Positions 1-10,290 of a stretch of 64,000 nt of DNA are shown piece after piece (within the stretch, counting starts at the first letter, position 1; each line of letters opens with the position of its first letter). The position numbers and the translations under genes were made by a program. Source of the stretch: an uncultured Thermodesulfobacteriota bacterium (GTDB lineage Bacteria; Desulfobacterota; Thermodesulfobacteria; Thermodesulfobacteriales; Thermodesulfatatoraceae); contig CAZROA010000069.1 in NCBI GenBank assembly GCA_964601575.1, positions 1,692-65,691 of the forward strand, written 5' to 3'. The notes below the pieces were generated by a model. The model saw only the letters and a program-made list of their open reading frames with translations, was not told where the DNA came from and ran no database searches.

Positions 1-588
1 CTCAAAGAAGCCGGCCTTTCCTGCTTGCCTGGCGGAGGAGCGGAGGTCTTTGCCGAAAGGATTCGCCAAAAACTCTGCCCCAAAAAGATCAGCGGCAAAC
101 GCTGGCTGGAGATCGCCAGGACAGCCCATGAATTAGGTATCCCGACCAATGCCACTATGCTTTACGGCCATATAGAGACCTACGAAGAGAGATTGGAACA
201 TTTGATAGCCTTACGAGAGCTACAGGATCAAACCGGTGGTTTTTTGTGCTTTATACCGCTCCCTTTCCTGCCCCAAAAATCATATTTACGAAAAGAAGTT
301 GCTCCGACTACCGGGTTTGAAGATCTAAAGATGATTGCCGTCTCAAGGCTTATGCTCGACAATTTCCCCCATATAAAGGCCTATTGGTTGTTTATGGGCC
401 TTAAGTTAGCCCAGGTGGCCCTTCACTTCGGGGCTGACGATCTTCACGGTACAGTAATCGAAGAAAAGATAAGCGAGCTTTCAGGCGTAGACGAAAGGCA
501 GGCCCTCTCCCGCCGAGAACTCCAACGCCTCATTCGGGAGGCGGGCTTTGAACCGGTGGAAAGAGACGCCCTTTATCACCCAGTTTAG
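1..588 (+). CDS. Radical SAM futalosine-pathway (menaquinone) enzyme, MqnC/MqnE family, C-terminal fragment; 5' end lies outside the window
   Basis: The frame is open from base 1 ([16 protein letters not shown]...). Motifs [17 protein letters not shown] and [11 protein letters not shown] fit the MqnE/MqnC/CofH barrel. It is paralogous to the partial ORF at 63392..64000. Confidence 0.75.
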   Translation, partial: LKEAGLSCLPGGGAEVFAERIRQKLCPKKISGKRWLEIARTAHELGIPTNATMLYGHIETYEERLEHLIALRELQDQTGGFLCFIPLPFLPQKSYLRKEVAPTTGFEDLKMIAVSRLMLDNFPHIKAYWLFMGLKLAQVALHFGADDLHGTVIEEKISELSGVDERQALSRRELQRLIREAGFEPVERDALYHPV

Positions 589-3008
589 TCCTTTTCCGCC
601 AGCCTGGCCAAAGAGACGATCTTCTCCCCTGGGGCTAGCATAAAGAGTTTTACCCCCATGGTGGCCCGCCCTTGGACGGGAATATCCTTGACCCGCAAAC
701 GAATGATCTTCCCCGAGGTGGAAACCAGCATGATCTCGTCGTCATCAACCACACGGGCACACCCAACCACCCCACCGGTTTTCTGATTGCTCTTCATAGC
801 GATGATTCCCTTTCCTCCGCGACCTTGGGCCCGAAATTCAGAAAGAGGAGTCCGTTTTCCATAGCCCCATTCGGAGACGGTAAGGAGGGTGGCTTCCTCA
901 TTATGATTTAATATTTCAAGTCCGACCACAAAATCATCTCGGGCTAGATCTATTCCCTTTACCCCGATGGCCACCCGCCCTACAGGACGTACCTCCTCTT
1001 CGTGGAAGCGAATACTCTGGCCGTGCCTGGTGACCAATAGGATGTCCCGCTTTCCGTCGGTAAGGGCGGCGGCGACTAATTGATCTCCCTCGCGCAGATT
1101 GGTGGCCACGATCCCGGTGGACCTTGGTCTTGAAAAGGCGGAAAGAGGAGTCTTTTTCACCAGCCCTTCTTTGGTCACGAAAAAGACGTAGTGTTCGTCA
1201 TCGAATTCTCGCACCGGGAGGATGGTGGCCAGAGATTCGTCTTCAGCCAACGGCAAGAGATTACGCAAAGCCGTCCCCTTGGCGGTACGACCGGCCTGCG
1301 GAATATCAAAGACTTTGAGCCAATAAACCCGCCCCAAGTTGGTAAAACACAGGAATTGGTCATGGGTTGAAGCGATATAGAGTTGGGTGACCACATCTTC
1401 TTCCCCGGCCTCTACCCCTCGTTTCCCCCGACCTCCCCGCCGCTGGCTGCGATAGGTAGAGACCGGGAGACGCTTGATGTAGCCACGGTGGGTCACGGTG
1501 ACGACCATTTCTTCTTCAGCAACCAGGTCTTCTACCGAAAGCTCACCCACTGCCGGAATAATCTCTGTTCGTCGCGGGTCTGCATATTGGTTCTTTATCT
1601 CCAGGAGTTCATCCTCGATGACCTTCATGAGTACACTTTCTTCTGCCAGAATCTTTTCAAACCAAGCGATCTGCTTTTTGAGTTCTTCGTATTCGGCGTG
1701 AATTTTTTCTTGTTCAAGGCTGGTCAGACGTTGAAGCCGCATATCCAAGATGGCCTGGGCCTGGGCCGGAGAGAGGTCAAAGCGCTTGATAAGGCCTTCT
1801 TTGGCCTCAGCCGGGGTCTTTGAGGCCCGAATAAGGGCTACCACTTCGTCGAGATTGGCCAAAGCAATCATCAAGCCCTCAAGGATGTGGGCCCGCTCCC
1901 TGGCCTTGCGCAGTTCATAGATTGTTCGCCGGGTGACTACCGTGCGCCGGTGGGCCAGAAAATGGCCCAAGAGCTCGCGTAGGTTCAGTTGTTCGGGACG
2001 ATTGTTCACCAAGGCAAGCATGATGATCCCGTAGGTCACTTCCAGGGGAGTCTGCTTGTAAAGCTGATTGAGGATGACCGGGGCGAAATCCTGTTTTTCG
2101 CGCTTAAGCTCCACTACCACCCGCAGTCCCTCGCGGTCGGATTCGTCTCGTACCTCGGAAATACCCTCGATCTTCTTGTCTCTGGCCAAGGTGGCGATTT
2201 TTTCCACCAGTTTGGCCTTGTTTACTTGATAGGGCAGCTCGGTGATGACGATGGCCGTCTTTCCCCCTTCTCGTTCGATATGGGCCCGAGCCCTTAGTTT
2301 TATGAGCCCTTTTCCCGTGGCATAGGCCTCTCGGATGCCCTCGGTGCCACAGATAAAGGCCCCGGTAGGGAAATCTGGCCCTTTTACATATTTCAGGAGC
2401 TCGTCCAGGGTAATCTCCGGGTTGTGGACCATGGCCACCAGGGCGTCGATGATCTCTCCCAGGTTATGCGGCGGGATATTAGTAGCCATGCCCACGGCAA
2501 TCCCTGAAGAGCCGTTAATCAAGAGATTGGGTATCTTGCTGGGAAGGACACTCGGTTCTTGCAAGGTATTGTCGTAGTTGGGGACGAAGTCTACGGTTTC
2601 TTTCTCTAAATCGGCCATTAATTCATGGGCGATCTTGGCCAGACGGACTTCGGTGTAGCGCATGGCCGCTGGGGCATCACCGTCGATGGAGCCGAAGTTT
2701 CCCTGACCATCGATCAACGGATAACGCATGGTGAAGTCCTGGGCCATACGTACCAGAGTATCGTAAATGGCCATGTCTCCATGGGGGTGATACTTACCCA
2801 TCACGTCGCCCACGATACGGGCACTCTTTTTGTAGGGTTTGTTCCAGTCGTTCTTGAGTTCGTACATGGTGTAGAGAATACGCCGTTGGACCGGTTTTAG
2901 CCCATCGCGTACATCCGGTAGAGCGCGGCCCACAATCACGCTCATGGCGTAATCGAGGTAGGATCGTTTTAATTCTTCCTCAATGGGAATAGGGACCACC
3001 TCACCCAT
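585..3008 (-). CDS. gyrA: DNA gyrase subunit A
   Basis: Has the GyrA N-terminal signature ([37 protein letters not shown] with the catalytic Tyr) and a C-terminal beta-pinwheel repeat region. I chose the ATG at 3008, preceded by AGGAGG, over the ORF-track start at 3056. Confidence 0.97.
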   Translation of the reverse strand: MGEVVPIPIEEELKRSYLDYAMSVIVGRALPDVRDGLKPVQRRILYTMYELKNDWNKPYKKSARIVGDVMGKYHPHGDMAIYDTLVRMAQDFTMRYPLIDGQGNFGSIDGDAPAAMRYTEVRLAKIAHELMADLEKETVDFVPNYDNTLQEPSVLPSKIPNLLINGSSGIAVGMATNIPPHNLGEIIDALVAMVHNPEITLDELLKYVKGPDFPTGAFICGTEGIREAYATGKGLIKLRARAHIEREGGKTAIVITELPYQVNKAKLVEKIATLARDKKIEGISEVRDESDREGLRVVVELKREKQDFAPVILNQLYKQTPLEVTYGIIMLALVNNRPEQLNLRELLGHFLAHRRTVVTRRTIYELRKARERAHILEGLMIALANLDEVVALIRASKTPAEAKEGLIKRFDLSPAQAQAILDMRLQRLTSLEQEKIHAEYEELKKQIAWFEKILAEESVLMKVIEDELLEIKNQYADPRRTEIIPAVGELSVEDLVAEEEMVVTVTHRGYIKRLPVSTYRSQRRGGRGKRGVEAGEEDVVTQLYIASTHDQFLCFTNLGRVYWLKVFDIPQAGRTAKGTALRNLLPLAEDESLATILPVREFDDEHYVFFVTKEGLVKKTPLSAFSRPRSTGIVATNLREGDQLVAAALTDGKRDILLVTRHGQSIRFHEEEVRPVGRVAIGVKGIDLARDDFVVGLEILNHNEEATLLTVSEWGYGKRTPLSEFRAQGRGGKGIIAMKSNQKTGGVVGCARVVDDDEIMLVSTSGKIIRLRVKDIPVQGRATMGVKLFMLAPGEKIVSLARLAEKD

Positions 3009-3074
3009 GGAAGCCTCCTTTTTCAAGCTCGGCTCTTTTATACCACGAAAGCCCAATCTTTGCCGGCCTGTTTC

Positions 3075-3818
3075 TTAAACCCGGTTTTCTTTCAATTTCT
3101 TTAAGGCCGGGATCTGGCGAAGTTTTTCCTCGGGCAAGAGATCCCAAAAAATCCCCGCTGGTTTGGGAGGAGGACTTTTCGGGGTTATGATTTCTTCCGG
3201 CGTTAGGATGAAATCTACCGAGAGATCATGCGGCTCGCATGGGATCTCCGGGACTAGTTGGAAGGGATGGACGGTAGTTATTACCGGTGTCTCGGTAGAA
3301 ACAAGGCCGTATTCACGCAATAGGGCATATTCCAGTTCAGAATAACCGCCGCCCTTGCCCAAACGGTGCCCTTCGCGGGTAACGGCCACGCATCCGGTAA
3401 TGACCAACTCTATCGAGGGCATCTCCTTCAGACTCACCGGTTCTCCGTAGCGGAAGGCCCCTTTGATGGTTGCCGCCCGCATGGGATGCACCCGAAGTCT
3501 CGCCGGATCTAACTTGATGAAGGGTTTTTCGTCTCTTAATTTGGGCACGGCCATAAAGATCACCTTGCCAGCCTCAAGGGCCAAGACCCTCAGGGGGAAC
3601 TGTGGGCTGTCAGGGTTGGCCTTGATAAACCGGGCCTTCTTAAAGGCAGACAATTGACTGGCTAGTTGGGCGGCTTGTTCGGCGCCGACAAAATTGGGAA
3701 TGCGCCCAAAGGCCCCGGGGAACCGAGCTACCCCGGCTTCGGTGAGTCTTTGCCATATCTTTTCCCGTAAAGCTTGCTTTTGGTCTTTTGGATCAGCCGT
3801 TATATTTTCTCCATGCAT
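3075..3818 (-). CDS. 5-formyltetrahydrofolate cyclo-ligase family protein
   Basis: 247 aa with the C-terminal GKGGGYSELEYALL motif and the overall layout of MTHFS-like proteins. Confidence 0.65.
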   Translation of the reverse strand: MHGENITADPKDQKQALREKIWQRLTEAGVARFPGAFGRIPNFVGAEQAAQLASQLSAFKKARFIKANPDSPQFPLRVLALEAGKVIFMAVPKLRDEKPFIKLDPARLRVHPMRAATIKGAFRYGEPVSLKEMPSIELVITGCVAVTREGHRLGKGGGYSELEYALLREYGLVSTETPVITTVHPFQLVPEIPCEPHDLSVDFILTPEEIITPKSPPPKPAGIFWDLLPEEKLRQIPALKKLKENRV

Positions 3819-4565
3819 CGCGTAGCGGTCTGGTTACTCCTGGTCTTACTCTTTGGTTGTGCCCCCCGTCTTCCTTCACCACTTCCCCCTCGGCCTTCTT
3901 ATCCTCCACCAGTTACCCGTAAGAGACCACCCACCCAAAGGCCTTATCGTATCAATGGTCGTACCTACTATCCCCTCCCTTCGGCCAGAGGCTACGTGGA
4001 AGTAGGCCTGGCCTCCTGGTACGGGCCAGGCTTTCACGGCAAGAGGACGGCCAGCGGTGAACGCTATAATATGTACGCCTTTACCGCCGCTCACAAGCTC
4101 TTACCCATGAATACCTATGTCTTGGTGACCAATTTGGAAAACGGACGCCAAACCATTGTCCGCATCAACGATCGCGGCCCCTTTGTCAAGAATCGTATCA
4201 TAGATCTTAGCTATGCCGCCGCCAAGGCCCTAGGTATGACTCAAAAAGGTGTGGCCCGCGTCCGCATTGTGGCCTTGGGCGAGGGCCGCTTCAAGGATCA
4301 TCGATTTGTCTTCACCCATCAACCCAATCTCCAAAAAGGCCAATTTTTCTTACAAGTAGGGGCCTTTACCAATTACGCTAATGCCGTACGTCTCAAAGAA
4401 AAACTGGCCAAAAGGTTTCGTTGCGTCCTCATTGAACCCTATGAGAAGGATGGACAGACCTTTTTCCGGGTCCAGATCTTCCTGGCTACTGATCTAAACA
4501 AAGCCAAGGCCAAGTATGCCCAACTGGAAAGGCTTTTCCCTCAGGCTTTTATCGTGGCCAAATGA
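3813..4565 (+). CDS. rlpA: Septal ring lytic transglycosylase RlpA family lipoprotein (DPBB domain plus C-terminal SPOR domain)
   Basis: Lipoprotein signal MHRVAVWLLLVLLFGC, a DPBB core (ASWYGPGFHGKRTASGERYNMYAFTAAHKLLPMNTYVLVTNLENGRQTIVRINDRGPF) and a SPOR-like tail (FFLQVGAFTNYANAVRL). The start is moved to the ATG at 3813. Confidence 0.9.
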   Translation: MHRVAVWLLLVLLFGCAPRLPSPLPPRPSYPPPVTRKRPPTQRPYRINGRTYYPLPSARGYVEVGLASWYGPGFHGKRTASGERYNMYAFTAAHKLLPMNTYVLVTNLENGRQTIVRINDRGPFVKNRIIDLSYAAAKALGMTQKGVARVRIVALGEGRFKDHRFVFTHQPNLQKGQFFLQVGAFTNYANAVRLKEKLAKRFRCVLIEPYEKDGQTFFRVQIFLATDLNKAKAKYAQLERLFPQAFIVAK

Positions 4566-4568
4566 AAG

Positions 4569-5156
4569 TTATTTCTTGCGGATGACAAAGACAAACATTT
4601 CGCGGCTGGATGATCTGGTGCTTTTAGGCCGGAAACGCTTCACCGGTCCCAGTCTTCTCTTTACCTCTTCCACAAAGGCCGGGAACCCTTCTCCTTCAAA
4701 GACCTTGACTAGAAAGGCTCCACCCGGGCGTAACAATCTTTCGGCCAATTCCAAGGCCCTTTCCGCCAAGTTTATAGAACGAAAGTGATCTCCGCTGCGA
4801 TCGCCGGTGGTCTTAGGGGCCATGTCACTCAAGATCACATCAAAGGCCTTGCGCTCGATCAAGGCCTGCAGTTCATCCGGCGTAACCTCAAAGATATCAG
4901 CTTGGAGAAAGCGATAATTGGGGGCAGATATCTTTACCGGGGAGAGATCAACTCCCACGACCACCCCCTTGGGACCTACACGTTCAAGGGCATATTTGCT
5001 CCAAGAACCCGGGGCTGCTCCAAGGTCTAAGACCGCCTGGCCGCGTCTCAAAAATCGATATTTCTGATCGGCTTCTTTTAGTTTATAGACCGAACGTGCC
5101 GGATATTTTTCAGCCTTGGCCTTTTTGAAATAAAAATCCTTCGGTTTGTAGGCCAT
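4569..5156 (-). CDS. rlmE: 23S rRNA (uridine2552-2'-O)-methyltransferase RlmE/FtsJ
   Basis: YRARSAYKL-like motif (YPARSVYKLKEADQKY), SAM-binding VLDLGAAPGSWS and ILSDMAP motifs; 195 aa. Confidence 0.93.
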   Translation of the reverse strand: MAYKPKDFYFKKAKAEKYPARSVYKLKEADQKYRFLRRGQAVLDLGAAPGSWSKYALERVGPKGVVVGVDLSPVKISAPNYRFLQADIFEVTPDELQALIERKAFDVILSDMAPKTTGDRSGDHFRSINLAERALELAERLLRPGGAFLVKVFEGEGFPAFVEEVKRRLGPVKRFRPKSTRSSSREMFVFVIRKK

Positions 5157-5351
5157 TGTTCCTCCGAAAGGGTCTTTTTTAAACTACCATTCTTTTTCCC
5201 CGAGGAATACCTTTACACTCCAATTCTCATCCTTAGAGTGAGCGGCATGGGATCGTTTTTTGAACAAAAATGGGAACGGCCCAAAACGAACTTTTGAGAT
5301 AAAACTCTCGGAGCCTCCAAAACTCGTTCAGGTCAATTAAAATGTGGGGCG

Positions 5352-6119
5352 ATGGCTCTTCTTGAGGTTTTCAATCTGGCCAAGAGCTTTCAAGGGGTGC
5401 AGGCCCTAAAAGGGGTCTCCTTTGGAATTTGCCCAGGGGAAATCTTGGGGCTTATCGGTCCAAACGGGGCTGGAAAGACCACGATTATCAATCTTATTAC
5501 CGGCTTTTTGAGGCCGGATGATGGCCAAATATATTTTGCCGGCCAGGAGATCACCCATCTCGAACCACACCAGATCGCGCGGTTGGGCATTGCCCGCACC
5601 TTTCAGCACATCCAGGTCTTCGGAGAACTTACCGTGTTTGAAAACGTCCTCTTAGGCCTCACTAGGCACGTGAAAAGGAGCCTGTGGGATGATCTCTTGG
5701 GTCTTAAGAAGGCCAAGGTCGAGGAAGAGGTCTTCGGTCAGGAGGTCCAGAAGGTTCTTGCCCGGTTTTCCTTGAAAGATGTGGCCAACGCCCCGGCCGG
5801 ATTTTTGCCTTACGGTGAGCAACGTCGGGTAGTCCTGGCCAGGGCCTTGGTTTCTAACCCGAAGCTCCTTTTGTTAGACGAACCTGCCGCTGGGCTTTCC
5901 CCGGCAGAGGGTAGGCAGCTTATTCAGCTCTTAAAAGAGATTCGTCGTCAGGGGTTAACCATCCTGATCGTCGATCATGATGTGGAACTTATTCTTGAGG
6001 TATGCGATCGGGTTATCGTTCTCTCCTCAGGTGAGTTGATTGCCGAAGGTCCGCCTAAAATGATTCGCCAGAATCCCCGGGTGATAGAGGCTTACCTTGG
6101 AGAAGAGAAGAGATGCTAA
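5352..6119 (+). CDS. livG: Branched-chain amino acid ABC transporter ATP-binding protein (LivG type)
   Basis: Walker A GPNGAGKTT, signature YGEQRRV, Walker B LLLLDEPAAG, and the LivG-specific insertion after the Q-loop. Confidence 0.85.
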   Translation: MALLEVFNLAKSFQGVQALKGVSFGICPGEILGLIGPNGAGKTTIINLITGFLRPDDGQIYFAGQEITHLEPHQIARLGIARTFQHIQVFGELTVFENVLLGLTRHVKRSLWDDLLGLKKAKVEEEVFGQEVQKVLARFSLKDVANAPAGFLPYGEQRRVVLARALVSNPKLLLLDEPAAGLSPAEGRQLIQLLKEIRRQGLTILIVDHDVELILEVCDRVIVLSSGELIAEGPPKMIRQNPRVIEAYLGEEKRC

Positions 6120-6817
6120 GGGTCCAAAATTTGACCGTGGCTTACGGTTCTATTAAGGCCGTAAGGGATCTTTCCCTAGAGCTTGAGCCCGGAAGTTTTG
6201 CGGCCCTTCTCGGGCGAAACGGAGCAGGTAAGACTAGCCTGCTTAAGGCCATCGCTGGAGTGGTATATCCGCAAGGGGGGCGTATCTTCTTTGATGGCCA
6301 GGAGATAACCTATCTCCCTCCTTGGGAAAGGGTAAGACGTGGCCTTTCCCTGGTGCCTGAAGGGCGACGAATTTTTGCCCCGCTTTCGGTCTACGAAAAC
6401 CTTACCCTAGGGGCCTTTGCCACCAATCATCACGGAAAGAAGACCAAAGAAAACCTAGACCATGTGTTAGAACTTTTCCCGGCCCTCAAGGAAAGGCTTT
6501 ATCTCCCCGCCGGGGCCCTTTCCGGGGGTGAGCAACAGATGCTTGCCGTGGCTCGGGCCTTAATGAGTCAACCAAAGCTCCTCCTCCTTGATGAACCTTC
6601 CATGGGTTTGGCTCCAAAAGTAGCCGCCAAGATCTTTGACTCTCTCTCTAAGGTGAAAGGGCATCTTACCGTCTTTTTGGTCGAACAGAATATCTCTCGC
6701 AGCCTCAAATTGGCAGACAAGCTCTTTGTCTTGGATAGCGGGTGTTTGGTGAAACACGGTCTGACGCAAGAGATCAGTTTGGAGACGATTGAAGAGGCCT
6801 ACCTAGGAAAGCTCTAA
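6113..6817 (+). CDS. livF: Branched-chain amino acid ABC transporter ATP-binding protein (LivF type)
   Basis: Walker A GRNGAGKTS, signature LSGGEQQMLAVARAL, Walker B LLLLDEPSMGLAP. Overlaps livG by 7 nt. Confidence 0.85.
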   Translation: MLRVQNLTVAYGSIKAVRDLSLELEPGSFAALLGRNGAGKTSLLKAIAGVVYPQGGRIFFDGQEITYLPPWERVRRGLSLVPEGRRIFAPLSVYENLTLGAFATNHHGKKTKENLDHVLELFPALKERLYLPAGALSGGEQQMLAVARALMSQPKLLLLDEPSMGLAPKVAAKIFDSLSKVKGHLTVFLVEQNISRSLKLADKLFVLDSGCLVKHGLTQEISLETIEEAYLGKL

Positions 6818-6887
6818 ACTAAAGCCAGGGATTATTAAACAATTTTTAGTTGAAGGGAAAAGGAAAAAAAGGTAGAGAGAGATTGAA

Positions 6888-7421
6888 ATGGAAGAAAAGA
6901 TCTTGATGACCGAAGAGGAAATCGATCGGGCGCTCACCAGAATCGCCCACCAAATTTTAGAACGAAATCGGGGTTCTACTGATCTGGCCTTGGTGGGTAT
7001 TCGCACCGGCGGGGTGCCTTTAGCCGAGCGTCTTAAGAGAAAGATTGCGGCCATCGAAGGCGTAGATCTCCCGGTTGGTATCTTAGATATTAGCCTTTAT
7101 CGTGACGATTGGAGTCTGGCCTCTCCTCAACCACAGGTACGCAGTACGGATATTCCCTTTCCGGTGGACAACAAAGTGATCATCCTGGTGGATGATGTCA
7201 TCTTTACCGGGCGCACAGTACGCGCAGCCCTGGACGCCTTGATGGACTTTGGGCGGCCCAAAAAGGTCGAGTTAGCCGTCTTGGTCGATCGCGGTCATCG
7301 GGAATTGCCCATCGAGCCTACTTACTGTGGGCTGACGGTGACTACTCTGCCCGATGAGCACGTCACTGTAAGGCTTAAGGAAATCAGCGGAGAAGATAAG
7401 GTCGTCCTTGAACGAGGTTAA
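6888..7421 (+). CDS. pyrR: Bifunctional pyrimidine operon regulator / uracil phosphoribosyltransferase PyrR
   Basis: 177 aa with the PRPP-binding motif VIILVDDVIFTGRTVRAALDAL and a PyrR-type N-terminus (EEIDRALTRIAHQILE). Confidence 0.9.
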   Translation: MEEKILMTEEEIDRALTRIAHQILERNRGSTDLALVGIRTGGVPLAERLKRKIAAIEGVDLPVGILDISLYRDDWSLASPQPQVRSTDIPFPVDNKVIILVDDVIFTGRTVRAALDALMDFGRPKKVELAVLVDRGHRELPIEPTYCGLTVTTLPDEHVTVRLKEISGEDKVVLERG

Positions 7422-8220
7422 AGGCGAGGGCAAAGAGACCGGTTCCCTTTTTGCCAGCCGTTTGTCCACCAAATGGCTGGGTAGAAAAATTTTATTCTAT
7501 CGAGAACTTACCTCCACCCAGGATGAAGCCAAACGTCTGGCCCCGGAGGCCCCTCAAGGGCTAGTTATCTGGACCGATCGACAGACTAAAGGGCGCGGGA
7601 GGTTGGCCCGCAGATGGCATTCTCCTCGGGGAGCTGGACTCTATTTTTCCCTCATCCTTAAAGAGCCCCTGGCCCGTCCCCTTCCCCTTTATAGTTTGGC
7701 CACAGCCGTCGGGGTGGCCGAGGCCTTGGAGGATGAAATAGGGGTTCCCTTTTCGCTCAAGTGGCCCAATGATCTCCTCTTGAACGGACGCAAAGTAGGG
7801 GGCATTTTGGTTGAGGGAGTACTTACGGCCTTAATCATCGGTATAGGTTTAAATGTGAGTCTTTGCCGTGAGGATATGCCCCCAGAGATTCGCGAAAAGG
7901 CCACCTCCATCCTTGAAGAGACTGGGCTTTCGCCGAGCCGGGCCAGGCTCTTGCGTGCCATCCTAAAAAATCTAGAAGAGATTTATGAAGAACTGTTAGC
8001 CAAGGGTTTTGAAGGTATTAGATCGCGTTGGCAGGAAAGAGACGTGGCCTTTTTGACCCGGGTGGTCCTTAAACGGGCTGATCAAGTGATCACTGGGGTG
8101 GCCCTTGGCCCATCCCCTGACGGTAGCCTTATCATAAAGACCTCCTCCGGTCATCTTCGCGTCTCCTCTGGAGAGATCCTCCTCTGGGAGATTCCTGGCT
8201 GGGAAAGCCAGGCTGCCTAG
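7408..8220 (+). CDS. birA: Biotin--[acetyl-CoA-carboxylase] ligase (group I, no N-terminal HTH)
   Basis: STQDEA, QTKGRGRLARRWHSPRG (the GRGRxGRxW biotin-binding loop) and KWPNDLLLNGRKVGGILVE motifs. The start is uncertain: TTG at 7408 overlaps pyrR, and an alternative TTG lies near 7460. Confidence 0.88.
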   Translation: MNEVKGEGKETGSLFASRLSTKWLGRKILFYRELTSTQDEAKRLAPEAPQGLVIWTDRQTKGRGRLARRWHSPRGAGLYFSLILKEPLARPLPLYSLATAVGVAEALEDEIGVPFSLKWPNDLLLNGRKVGGILVEGVLTALIIGIGLNVSLCREDMPPEIREKATSILEETGLSPSRARLLRAILKNLEEIYEELLAKGFEGIRSRWQERDVAFLTRVVLKRADQVITGVALGPSPDGSLIIKTSSGHLRVSSGEILLWEIPGWESQAA

Positions 8221-8281
8221 TTGACACCGTCCACCTGCCAAGTAAATTCATTCTTTGAAAAAGAAAAATGCGGGTTTGAGC

Positions 8282-9583
8282 ATGACTATTAAAGAACGAG
8301 CGCAAAAAGGAGAAATAACCCCGGAGATAGAGGCTTGTGCCAAACAGGAAAACATCTCGGCTGAAAAATTGCGTCAGTTAGTGGCCGAGGGCAAGGCGGT
8401 CATTCCAGCTAATCGCCGGGCCAATCTTACCAGACCCTGTGCCATTGGTGCTGGCCTTAAGACCAAGGTAAACGCTAATATCGGCACCTCCCGCGATTTA
8501 CCAGAAGTAGAGCCTGAGCTGGAAAAACTAAAAGTGGCCTTAGAAGCTGGAGCAGATACCATCATGGATCTTTCTACCGGCGGTTCGATAGATGAGATCC
8601 GCCGTCGGATTCGAGAACAATGTCCAGTGCCTTTGGGGACGGTGCCTATTTATCAAGCGGCGGTAGAGGCGGTAGAGATTCATCACAAGCCCATCGTCGA
8701 GATGACGGTGGAGGAGATCTTCAAGGCCATCGAGAAGCAGGCTGAAGACGGGGTTGATTTTATGACTGTACACTGCGGGGTGACCCGCACGGTGCTTGAA
8801 CGTTTTGAGAGCCGGCAGCGGGTCTTGGGGGTAGTCTCCCGCGGTGGGTCCTTTTTGGTCGAATGGATGGTATATAACCAGAAAGAAAATCCCCTTTACG
8901 AGTATTTTGATGATCTTCTGGCCATTGCTAAGGAATACGATATAACCCTTTCTCTGGGTGATGGTATCAGACCAGGTTGCTTGGCAGATGCCACCGATGG
9001 TCCGCAGATCCAGGAATTAATCATCTTGGGGGAACTTACCCTTCGGGCCTGGGAGGCCGGAGTCCAGGTGATGATCGAAGGGCCGGGGCATGTCCCCCTT
9101 GATCAGGTCGAGGCCAACGTGATGCTGGAAAAGAAGCTCTGTCACGGGGCCCCGTTTTACGTCCTTGGCCCGTTGGTCCTTGATATTGCCCCGGGCTATG
9201 ATCATATCGGCTGTGCCATCGGTGGAGCGGTGGCCGCTGCCGCTGGGGCTGATTTTCTCTGTTATGTCACACCGGCGGAGCATCTCCGATTGCCCACTTT
9301 GGAGGATGTACGTGAAGGGGTTATTGCCGCCCGTATCGCCGCCCATGCCGCTGATATCGTTAAAAAGGTCCCTGGGGCCTTTGAGAAGGATTTAGAGATG
9401 GCCAAGGCCAGGGCCAAGCTTGATTGGGAGGCCCAGATAAAACTCTCTATCGACCCAGAGAAGGCCCGCCGCTATCGCCTGGAAGGCGGTGTATCTAAGG
9501 GGAGGGCCTGTACCATGTGTGGGGAATATTGTGCTATTAAGGTCTACCAACGAGCCCGGGAGAAGAAATTTTTTACCAATTAG
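8282..9583 (+). CDS. thiC: Phosphomethylpyrimidine synthase ThiC
   Basis: Full-length ThiC-like sequence including the C-terminal radical SAM cluster motif CTMCGEYCA. The ATG at 8282 ([15 protein letters not shown]) is preferred over the TTG at 8255. Confidence 0.95.
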   Translation: MTIKERAQKGEITPEIEACAKQENISAEKLRQLVAEGKAVIPANRRANLTRPCAIGAGLKTKVNANIGTSRDLPEVEPELEKLKVALEAGADTIMDLSTGGSIDEIRRRIREQCPVPLGTVPIYQAAVEAVEIHHKPIVEMTVEEIFKAIEKQAEDGVDFMTVHCGVTRTVLERFESRQRVLGVVSRGGSFLVEWMVYNQKENPLYEYFDDLLAIAKEYDITLSLGDGIRPGCLADATDGPQIQELIILGELTLRAWEAGVQVMIEGPGHVPLDQVEANVMLEKKLCHGAPFYVLGPLVLDIAPGYDHIGCAIGGAVAAAAGADFLCYVTPAEHLRLPTLEDVREGVIAARIAAHAADIVKKVPGAFEKDLEMAKARAKLDWEAQIKLSIDPEKARRYRLEGGVSKGRACTMCGEYCAIKVYQRAREKKFFTN

Positions 9584-10068
9584 GCAAATTTGTTGAGGAT
9601 CCAAGTGATAATTTCGCTCTTCAGCTTCATGTTGTCTTCCTCGGTCATGTTGGTCAACCAGCGCCTAACCCATTTTTGAAGACGATTGAAATGGGCCTGG
9701 TTTAGTTTCTCCCCGTAGACCAGCTCTAAGGCCTGGAGATACCAGATAAAGATGGCATGAAGGGGGATACATTGGTATTCCAGGGTGATGGGATAGAGGG
9801 CTTCGTAAAAGGCCCGGTTGATAAATTTGCGATCCGGCTCGCTGCCAAATTTTTTGATGATTAAACGGGAGACGTTTTCCTCTTCTTCACCGACCTCTTG
9901 GACGCGTTCTTGCAAGAGGCGCAGATTTTCGTTTAATATCTCCATCCGCTCTTTGTTAAGGCGGATGATTTCTTCTTGGAGAAAACCTAAGGCCAACGGG
10001 TTTTCACGCTCGCGATAATATTTGGCCAATTTTTGCCTTAGGGCCGACTTTCTCGAACGACCGCCCAT
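9580..10068 (-). CDS. Hypothetical protein (162 aa), coiled-coil N-terminal half
   Basis: Long ORF with protein-like composition and an AGGAGG-like sequence upstream (aaaggaggaaaaag ATG on the minus strand). I recognise no family. Confidence 0.5.
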   Translation of the reverse strand: MGGRSRKSALRQKLAKYYRERENPLALGFLQEEIIRLNKERMEILNENLRLLQERVQEVGEEEENVSRLIIKKFGSEPDRKFINRAFYEALYPITLEYQCIPLHAIFIWYLQALELVYGEKLNQAHFNRLQKWVRRWLTNMTEEDNMKLKSEIITWILNKFA

Positions 10069-10233
10069 CTTTTTCCTCCTTTAAGACACTTCCCTCATAA
10101 AAGATTTTGAAATTAGGGGAAGATTTTAAAAGGATTTATTTTGTCTAAACTTTTCGATAAAAGAGTAAGCTTTTTTAGCTTAAACAGAGCTTTTTATTTT
10201 GGCAAGGAGATTTCACCAAAGGATTTGAAGGCT

Positions 10234-10270
10234 TCAAAAATACGAGACGGGGCCCTCAAGGCCCCGTCTC
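10234..10270 (-). terminator. Rho-independent terminator downstream of the porin gene
   Basis: Perfect 11-bp stem GAGACGGGGCC / GGCCCCGTCTC with a 5-nt loop at 10244..10270, followed on the minus strand by a T-rich run (TATTTTT). Confidence 0.8.
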
Positions 10271-10290
10271 TATCCAATTAGGCGGGGTGG

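Noticed and set aside
5247-5297. 16-codon ORF (MGSFFEQKWERPKTNF) upstream of livG as an attenuation leader peptide.
   Set aside because: It is not enriched in Leu, Ile or Val, has no obvious alternative terminator/antiterminator hairpins, and has no strong RBS.
8221-8281. TPP riboswitch upstream of thiC.
   Set aside because: Only about 60 nt separate birA from the thiC ATG, and I cannot find the conserved CUGAGA / ACCUGAUCUGGAUAAUGCCAGCG-type core. thiC looks co-transcribed with birA instead.
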